Made by a program: the position numbers and the translations under genes. From Intoshia linei (lineage: Eukaryota; Animalia; Orthonectida): a stretch of 50,173 bases of DNA. The stretch is from positions 1-50,173 of the forward strand of contig LWCA01000122.1 in the NCBI GenBank assembly GCA_001642005.1, written 5' to 3'. The notes below the pieces were generated by a model. It worked only from the letters and a program-made list of their open reading frames with translations. It had not been told where the DNA came from and searched no databases. Every line of letters begins with the position of its first letter. Within the stretch, counting starts at the first letter, position 1. Below, piece after piece: positions 40,841-50,173 of this stretch.

Positions 40841-43800
40841 ACTCTCAATGGCACATAAAATCTCATCAACAATGCAAACAATTGGATACAATAAGTCATA
40901 TAACAAAATATGTAAATTATAAGCCAATGCAATTTGATAAATCGCAATTGGAGCACGGTTATGAAAATAACCAATACTATCTGAATAATACTTACTCGGT
41001 AGAAAATCCCTCTAAGTATGAATTTAATATGAATATAAAATTTGAAAAAGAAAAAAAGTATGACGGTGAAAAGATTATGCAATTCAATACAATAAATAGT
41101 TATAAATGGAATAATATTCACCAGGCTCAAAATACTCAAAATTCTCAAGTTGCTCAAACCATCCAAAATATTCAAACTCATCAACCGATTCAACCAATAC
41201 AACCTGAACCACCTCAAAGCAATCAAATCTTAGTAAACTTACCAAACATGCCAACCTTGCCAAATTTACATAACGTACAACATTTGAAAACGGAAAAATA
41301 TTATAAAACTAACTATTTGGACTGTGAATATGAATATAAATCTCAAGCTTTGTCAAAAAATTACAAGTATTCCGATGTTAATGAAAGTAGGTTTATATCA
41401 AACAGTCCATCATACTCATATGAAATGAAAAATTCATTAAATGAATTAATATATTCAAATTCAAACATTTCAAAAGACGTTAAATTAAAAAAAAGTCAAT
41501 TTAGTAAAAATTGTTCACAATCTAGATTAAGTTATGATGTAGATTTTAGAAACCATATTCTCCAAAATAATCAAGTTCAACCCTGTCTAAATTATCCAAT
41601 TAAAAATGAAATGATTAATCAAAATTTATCAAGTTCAAATTTTAAAATTTACAATTCTTCCAATATTCCAAAGATTGATGATGAATTATTTGATATTTCA
41701 GATTTACACATGTATCCTAAAAATCATGATAATCATTATATAAACAATCAATCAAAGTATAATCAACAGTATTTATCAAGTTGTAGTTATAAACCAAAAA
41801 AAACGCAATATTATTCAAAAATTTATAACTTTTACAACAATTTCGATGATTTTAATGTGGATTATAGATATATGGAGTCTGCTTACCGAGTTAAAATTAT
41901 GCGTCAAAAATTTAAAAAAAAATTTAAATATCAAAGAGAATTAAATCATTTTAAAACTTACAGAGCATTTTATAGAACTTATCATCAGTATTCTAACAGT
42001 ATTAAAGGTAATTAAAAATTCTAAATTAATTCTAATTCATTGGTTTATTGTGTAATTATGGAATGGTAAGAATATATACATTATATTTAAGTACTCTGGG
42101 ATGGGATCTGGATTAAACTTCTGGCAATCAACTCATAAGTCCCTAACTGGTCTTGTATGCCGTACAAATTGTAATTTAGTGATTTATATACTAATGGGCG
42201 GGTCGAGTTCAAAATTTAAAATTAGTAAATTTAATAATTTACCTAAATATCTATTTAACATCTGTTCTGGTTCCCTCCATGTCTTTCAACAAAAATTCTG
42301 TAATTGTTTATATGTGGGTTAATTATAGGGGACTGTCCATGGCTATATAAACAATTACTAGGTGTGGGCTCAAAAACTTTTATGAACCACTAAAAAAGTT
42401 TTGAAATAATTTCAGACTATTTCATGTTTAATTTGATGGACTACTAGCTAAACTAGGATGGATGGACCGGTTTGCAAACTCTGGGTTACCAATCGAACGG
42501 GTAAGACGTTATACATACTATGGTGTATAATCTACATATATACATTGCGTGACTATCGACAGATGTTAGTTTACTGTCACATTTGACCCTTGTTTAAAAA
42601 AAATCAATAAATATTTTATATTGCATTCATAATATTTAATAATGTTTTATACATTTAGATTATAATGAAATGAAAAGAAAAAATTTAACAAATTTAAAAT
42701 ATGCATTCAATAATATCGTGAGAACAAGAGATAAAAGAAATCGAACGTCTTTTAAACCAGACCAGCTAATAATTATGAAGGAATTTTTTGAAAAAAATCG
42801 CAATCCAGATGCCAAAGATATTTCTAAAATCATTGCTAAAACTAAACTTACCAAACGAATTATTCAAGTAATGTTTTTAATAGTTGAAATTGTTTGTTTA
42901 CAATGTAACTTTATGTCTTGAGTAATAATTGGAGTTATTAGTTTTAGATAAAAATATATGACAATCAGCATTTTATCAATACAATTTTTAGTTTGAGGCG
43001 TTATTATGTTTGATCCATATTAAATTACATTATTATAATTTTTTAATTTCTTTTGATTTGGGGATTTGTTATAAATGATAATTTCGTTAAGATTTCATTT
43101 TAATTTATTTGTTTTTGATTTATATTAGTATTCTGCCGAGGGGGACTTTTAAAATTTAAAAAGGGTGTCTACTTAAATCCAACCATTTTTACTAAAATCT
43201 AACAATTTTTACTAAAAATCAAAAGTTACCAACACTAAAAGGAAAAAATTAGATTTTAAAAACCCCTTAGATAAAATTTCAGTGTTACCAACCTTTAAGG
43301 GAAAAATTAGGTTTTAAAAATCCCTTAGATAAAATTCCAGTGTTACTAACCTTTAAAGGAAAAATGCAATTTTACCAACACTAAAAGGAAAAATTCAGTT
43401 TTACCAACCCTAAAAGGAAAAAATTAGATTTTAAAAACCCCTTAGATAAAATTCCAGTGTTACTAACCTTTAAGGGAAAAATGCAATTTTACCAACTCTA
43501 AAAGGAAAAATTAGGTTTTAAAAACCCTTTAGATAAAATTCCAGTGTTACCAACCTTTAAGGGAAAAATGCAGTTTTACCAAACTTAAAAGAAAAAATTT
43601 AATTTTAAAAACCCATTAGAGAAAATTCCAGTTTTACAAACCTTTAAAGGTAAATCCAGTTTTACAGAATTGCGGAGTATCCCATAAAAAATCAATATCA
43701 CAAACAAAACAAAATAAATTTCTCAAATAGAAAAATTAGTGATAAATAAGTTATCCCGGAAGCATCAGATTCAATCAAATTTTGCACGTGAAACCAACAG

Positions 43801-44605
43801 TTAACCCATATGGTGGAACTACCAAGGGTTTCCATAGTTTTTTGATATACTTTGCCTTTGTTAGTCGTAATTGTTTGAATAATACACTGCTTACCTATCT
43901 TTTTATATGTTTGTTTCAGAAAATTCATCCCTTCAAGCACGCTGTTTGCATTTCTATTTTCACATATTAGGTTGGTAAAAGTGGGTTTTTCTATAAGGGT
44001 TGGTAAAATCGAGATTTTTCTTTAGGGGTTTGTAAAAGTGGATTTTTAGTAAAAATGGTTGAGTTTAAGAATATTCTTATTCAAAAATATATCAAAATGA
44101 CAACAAAGGTACATTTCATACTTTGTACTTTTAATTTTTGAAAATCAGACATTGCGTAGCAATGATAAAAAACCTAAATAATCAATTTATGGGACTGTAA
44201 CCCACATTTCTACATTTCAAATATGTATAATTTAAATTGTCACCTGTTTTAAAATTGTAGGGTGAATATTTATATTTTCTTTTTAATTAATTTAAATTAA
44301 TTAATTTTTTACATAATTCAAAAATTGTATAATATTGGTTGATACTATCAATACTCAAGATTAGTTTGAAATATCAAATTATTACATTTTTTAGTAATTG
44401 AGTAAGTGTTTTTTGTTTTTGAGAACTAATTGTTCTTAATTCTTAGATACATGTGACACCTTAACGGACACACATTGATAAAAATTGAAAATTTTTACAT
44501 TATATAAGTAAGATATTGTATGAAATATATTTTTATTACTAGGTATGGTTTCAAAATTCTCGAGCTAAACATCGCCGTGAAAAAGAAAAAAAAGAAAACA
44601 ATTGA
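40841..44605 (+). CDS. Lhx2/9: Lhx2/9 (apterous/ttx-3)-class homeodomain protein with a long N/Q/Y-rich N-terminus; first exon uncertain (candidate 40536-40566)
   Basis: Exons 40841-42007, 42659-42867 and 44543-44605 are in phase. Homeodomain KRNRTSFKPDQLIIMKEFFEKNRNPDAKDISKIIAKTKLTKRIIQ|VWFQNSRAKHRR has the RTSFK, NPDAKD and LTKR..QVWFQN residues typical of Lhx2/9. Confidence 0.85.
43163..44078. mobile_element. MULE/Foldback-like element with tandem ~30-bp subterminal repeats and a transposase remnant
   Basis: Inverted CTTAAA..CAACCATTTTTACTAAAA ends; 9-bp TSD ATTTAAAAA/ATTCAAAAA; long left array at 43220-43660 and short inverted right array at 43970-44040; internal minus-strand WVNCWFHV (MULE-type CxxH motif). 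Confidence 0.72.
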
Positions 44606-45185
44606 CATGAAACATTACGAGATAAATAAAACTAAAATCTATCAATGATTTTCTTTATTAACTTACGATATTGTATAAATTGTTATTTTGTAATAAATGA
44701 GTGTTTGAAATTTTTTCTAAATTTAACGAATCTAAATTATTGTACGAAATTTTTATTGATAGTTATTATTCATAACTTATTAATTATTGAATTGAATCAA
44801 TTGAATTATAATTCATAGATAGTATAAAATTTTCAAATAAATGTAAACGTAGTTACGTATTATATACATATATGTATGTTGAATCAACATTGTATATACT
44901 ATTTTGAATATGTACATTTTATCCGATATTACAACGATTTTGAAATTATCGGATAAAAATGCATATATTACGTATCATTCGCAAATGAATAGTGTTTAAT
45001 ACGTGATTTATATAATTTTATTATCTAAATTTATTACTCATTTATTTAAAAGGTAAAAAATTCTAAAAATTCACGTACATCCTTATAGTTTATTAAATTC
45101 CTAATAGTTATTTGAAAATTTATATTTCGTTTAAATAAATAGTAGTTTATTTTACTAAATAAATATATACAAAATATACAATATC

Positions 45186-48100
45186 ATGAAAAAGAAATTA
45201 AGTATATTCATAACCATAATAGTGTTGAATCTTACTTGCGCTACAAACTATACAATCCTAAAAGCCCTTGTGGTATGTTTTTGATATTTTTAAAAAAAAA
45301 TGTATAAATTAGTTTGCTAAACATGGAGAACAATCACCAGTGATTTTTTTGAAAAACGATGAAAAAATTTGGCCATTTGGACCTAACAAGATAACTATAG
45401 TAACATTTAAAAAAAAATGCATTGTTGTTAAATATCAAACTACAATTAAATTTAGAATGGAAAAAAATCTGCACACACATTTGGAGAGTTTTTGAAAATC
45501 AGATATATCGAACAATATAATTTAATTGAAAAGTACAGAACTTCAGAAGTATGTTTTTTCATTTCAAAAGTGTATCAATTTTAGACACTTTTCCAATCGA
45601 CACAATCAGAATCTTCAATTATGTCATCTATTATTGCCTTAGCTAAATTGTTTGAGCCAAAATCGGTTGAGCAACATCATTGGGATAAAGACATAGATTA
45701 TGTTCCTGTACCAATACACATGATTCTGAAATCCAGAGATTTTGTATGAAACAGTTTTATATATTCATAATTTTTTATATCGTTCACACATTATTTTATA
45801 TTGATCATTATGGTGTACGGTAGGTAGTACCAACCTCCCAATTTCACATCTTACGGGTCAAAAACCCCTGTTGTCTCTCTTTTTTAAGATTAATCGTGTT
45901 GGAGATTTTAAAAAAATATATACGCTGATGCGGATTTTAAAATCATAAACATTATCATAAATTTAAATTTAAAAAAATTATATCTTTAGGGCCAAAACTA
46001 CAAATTACCTTCTTTGTTAATGAAAACAGCCCTAGAATTTAAAAAAATTTACAGGTCGTACAGTTGTATCTTGTTGTTAACACACATAAAAAATTTTAAT
46101 CCCAATAAGTGACGAATTCACGGTCGAAAAAGCATTTTAGTATTCATATATTTTTTTTCCGAAATATTTTATTAAAACAAAAAATGTGAATAATTTACAG
46201 GTCCGAAAATTAAAAAAAAAAATTATTCTGATAGAACTTATTCCAGTTGATATAAATATCCAAAAATTAAAACAAAAGATTATTCTGATATTGCTTATTC
46301 CAGTTGATATAAATACAAAATTTCAACCCCAGAAATCTACGCATTCATTGGTGAAAAATAATTTTTAATATATTATCAACCAATATTTTTCAAATATTTC
46401 GAAATTAAAATTAAAAATTGAATAGGTAAATATTGATAATTATTATTTATTTACCATCAGATAACTATTAAATGGTTAACATGGTTAATATTGCATGATT
46501 ATATTACATGTGATTGTAGACCTAACAATTAATGCGTGCAAGTAGCATATGTATTATTGTTGTTGGAATGGGATTAGGTGTCATAGGTTACCTATACTTG
46601 CTTTAAAAGTTAGTCGAAATAATAAATAAATACAGTTTTGTCCACTCCGTCTGACTCAGACTGCCTGAGACACTCAGATACGAATTAATTTGTTTATTGG
46701 ATATGGATGCACAACAGTATGATTCAATTGCACAATATTTAGTGTGGCCATATTTTACACTTTGAAAATACGTATATAATTAAATAAAATTTAGGTTCCA
46801 GAGTCTAGGAAATGGGTTCTTAACCTTTTTCCACTTAACTTTTACGCCCTTAATTCAATAAAATTTGATTTGGCACCCTTAAAATGTAATAAACATAAAT
46901 TAGAAAAAAGTTAAAATATAACTATATAAAAAAAATTGCCAGCTGTCTGGCTAAATATGGCTTTAAATTTGAATTAGAAAAACCTCAGGTTAAGAACCCA
47001 TGCTCTAGGACCTAGAATCTAGGTAATAAATATTACAAGAAAACTGTAGAACTAATTAATTTTGCAAATAAAAAATATCGCGTTTACACCAATGGTGTCA
47101 ATATATTGATAATTTAAATTTAAATATTTTTGGGTTTCACTTATTAGTCTGAAAGTAATTTCGGCCTATAAATTTTGTGAAGGCAGACTGAAGAACTCCA
47201 ATCCAAACATATATTTGACTATCACATTTATTCATGGCGATAAATGGAAGCGGTTCCCCAGAAAGAAGCTGCAGGTATTGGAATTGTACGATATCAATGT
47301 CAGTGCTAAAAGTGTTACAAGACTGCTAAAATTAACAAAACCTAATTTATACTACTGTTTTTCAAGAGAAATCTTAAAGAGTATAACAAATGTTATTTTC
47401 CGAAAGTGAGTCCTTCAGGGTCAAAACCACAATTTCTCCTATTTTTTAAAAATAAAATTATATCTAAAAATTAAAAAAACATATTTTGGGTCGCATTTGA
47501 AAGTCATTAAAATTATTAGTGTAGTGTAATGATAGTTTATGTATTGTAACCTCAAAAATGTAGATTCCTGCCTTGTGGTAAAACTTCTAAACCAACCATT
47601 AGATTTTGGTGACTAAGTCTTTTAGTGCATTGCTATAATTTGAAATTGAAATGATTTTATATTTTTGATTTTTTATTCACGATAATCTTGATGACAATTA
47701 TTTCTAGTAACTATCATGCAACTAATTGTATTATACTATTAGATATTGTTCCCAGAATCTTGCAAATATATAATCGATGCTAATAAGAAAATCATGGAAC
47801 AAGTCAAGTTTAAAGAAATTTTGGAAGAAAACAAAGTAATTTCAAACTTAAATAATCAGACTTTTTGCTAATTTTTTTAAATTTTACTAAATACTTCTAA
47901 TATAGTGCAACCAGAAGTAACGCGACTTTTGGAACAGTGCCAAAAGTCGTACTTTCGACGTATTTTTCAAAACTAAATAAACTTATAAATTGAAATTTAA
48001 TTTAAATGTTTATTTTTCTTTATCAGAAATTAATCAAAAACATATTTTGTTTCTAAGCAATAAAAGTACTACTTTTAGTACTACAAAAATATGGTCAACC

Positions 48101-48802
48101 TATCTAATATAATGAAAATGAAAGAATCAAAATTTGAATTTACTGAATTTACTACAAAATTTTTGTTTACTTGGCAATACCAAATTTGATATTACTTACT
48201 GAGCATAATAAAAAATATCGTATACATCTGTATCTATATGAAACTTTTAAATTTTTTTTGAAAATTCAAAATGTATTTAATTATTCCCAGTTTTGCACAT
48301 TATGAGTTTTGAATGAATTTATTAATTATAAAATGATATATGATATAATATGAAATTATAATTATGTATATAATCATATAATTATAATATGAAAATATTT
48401 TAAATATTTAGGAGTTTATCGATAAAATCAATGATTTAAAATTATTAAAAGGAAAAATGAATTTTACCGACTTACACAATTTGGCTCAAAATTTAATTGT
48501 TAAGGTTAAATAATTTCAATTATTTCTATAATGATTGATAGAAATCTAATGATATTCCATTACCTGAATGGGCCAATAATAAAATGGGGGATGAGACGTA
48601 TGAAATAAAGTTATTCAATATCAATCAAAAATTAAAAAAAGTGTTTTACAACAATAAAAATTATTATACCACTGCAGCAAGTACTATGCATCTATATTTG
48701 AAATTATTATACTTTATAGGTTTTCCCATATCTACAGTTCTTGATGATTTTCAAGGTGTTCTCGATGGAACGGATGTGACGAAATTTGAGCTATATGTTG
48801 CG
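45186..48802 (+). CDS. Secreted histidine acid phosphatase (ACP2/ACPP-like) homolog with a degenerate active site; probably continues at 50111 and beyond the window
   Basis: Exons 45186-45272, 45313-45399, 45456-45548, 45585-45743, 47743-47835, 48412-48504, 48542-48680 and 48720-48802 are in phase. Signal peptide, FAKHGEQSP, WPFGPNKIT..G, FGEFLKIRY, YVPVPIH, LPEWA, ELYVA|. Confidence 0.82.
45831..46420 (+). mobile_element. Helitron-like repeat, copy C (5'-truncated, with a short internal duplication)
   Basis: Collinear with about 49050-49590; the TTATTCCAGTTGATATAAATA unit occurs twice at 46238-46315. Confidence 0.72.
46811..47002. mobile_element. hAT/Charlie-type MITE
   Basis: TIRs (A)ATGGGTTCTTAACCT / AGGTTAAGAACCCATG; TSD GTCTAGGA/CTCTAGGA. 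Confidence 0.78.
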
Positions 48803-48910
48803 GTATATTTTTATATGACCTCTTTAAACTCTTTAAGAAAAATGATAAAAACATATTCAAAATATGTCGCATCTATCTCCGTAACAACGTTAATGTTGTG
48901 AAATATCAAA

Positions 48911-49590
48911 TCCTTATTTATATAATATGCTACGCGATTTTTGTTTGTGTGTGTGTGTTCCACTTTATTTAAATAACTAACATTTAATTAGAATGATATA
49001 AAGTCAACATTTCAATTACAGTTTTTTACGGGATGTTCTCAAAATAAATTTCAACCTGCCAAACTCACATCTTACGGGCCAAAAACCCCAATTGTCCTTT
49101 TTTTTGAAAATAAAACGAGTTGGAGAATTTAAAAAAATATATACGCTGATACAGTTTTTAAAATCATAAAAATTATCATAAATTTAAATTTATAAAAATT
49201 ATATCTTCAGGGCCAAGATACCAACAACAAACAAACATGGCCAACTACAAATTACCCTTTTTTTTATTATGAAAACAATAACTAGAATTTCAAAAAATTT
49301 ACAGGTGGTACAGTTGTATCCTGTTAACACACACAAGAATAACTGACAACTTCACGGTCAAAAAAGCATTTTACTATTTATATATTTTTTTCCGAAATAT
49401 TTTATTAAAACAAATGTGAAATAATTAACTGTCCGAAAATTAAAAAAAAAATTGTTCCGATAGAACTTATTCCAATTGATATATATACAAAATTTCAACA
49501 CCATAAATCTACGCATTCCCGGTGAAAAATAATTTTCAATATATTATCAACCAATATTTTTCAAATATTTTGATTAAAATAAAAATCGAA
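48911..49590 (+). mobile_element. Helitron-like repeat, copy D (longest)
   Basis: A|TC start, TCCTTATTTATATAATATGCTACGCG followed by (GT)n; similar to the other three copies. Confidence 0.75.
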
Positions 49591-50173
49591 AATGTAAATA
49601 AATGTATTGATCCTACAATTTCAACAAAAATGTGCAATGTGCAAAAATTTTTTTAAGTGCTTTACAATTGAAAAAACTGATCTAATGTATATTATATGAT
49701 CCGCCGCAATAAAATATGGAGATTAAATTAATTTAATACGAAAATTCAGGGAGTAATAAGCATTGCAATAATAATCATAAGTTGAAAAAAGAATCGATTC
49801 TTTGCAATTAAACTTGTGAAAGAGACCTATAATTCTATAAAAAATGTATATAAATTATTGGAGCTTTATAAAGATAGTGATATCTTCAATATTTATCAAA
49901 CAGGTTAAACTTGAACTAGCTTCAACAACCATAAGTTCAAAAAAATCTTAAGGTGGTAAAGTAACAATTTGAGATAAGTAATCCTGATATTATTCTGAAG
50001 AAATTTGAATATTTGTAGTGTGAATATGTTTTTTGTTGAATAGAATGAATAAAATTTAAATTAAGTTTGTACAGTTTGTATTTTAATTATAAATTATTAA
50101 CCTTTGACAGCATGCCTCTTTTTAACACTTTAAATGATGCTATTGAAAATGTAGACCCAGATTTATTAACTGA

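Noticed and set aside
43220-43660. ~30-bp periodic array as a CRISPR or telomere-like repeat
   Set aside because: There are no unique spacers, and the array is part of an inverted-repeat element with a TSD.
47215-47409. Intronic ORF with INVSAKSVTRLLK, weakly like a Tc1 helix-turn-helix
   Set aside because: Too short, TTG start, no supporting TIRs or catalytic motifs.

Overview
This is very AT-rich eukaryotic (animal) nuclear DNA with spliced genes and many very short introns (34-42 nt); a compact parasite-type genome such as an orthonectid is my inference, not something the sequence proves. By manual splicing I reconstruct these genes: RNMT (minus strand, 3' end apparently outside the window), a miniature RRP15, a full ROCK kinase, a kinase-less partial ROCK duplicate downstream of it, a disrupted Vps10/sortilin-like gene, LRRCC1, an Lhx2/9 (apterous)-class homeobox gene with no intact LIM domains, and a secreted histidine acid phosphatase homolog with a degenerate active site. 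Introns and intergenic DNA hold many transposon relics: a Gypsy pol fragment, an intron-containing Ginger-type element with TIRs and TSD, a MULE-like foldback element, hAT/Charlie MITEs and Helitron-like repeats. All homology calls come from motif recognition by eye, without database searches.
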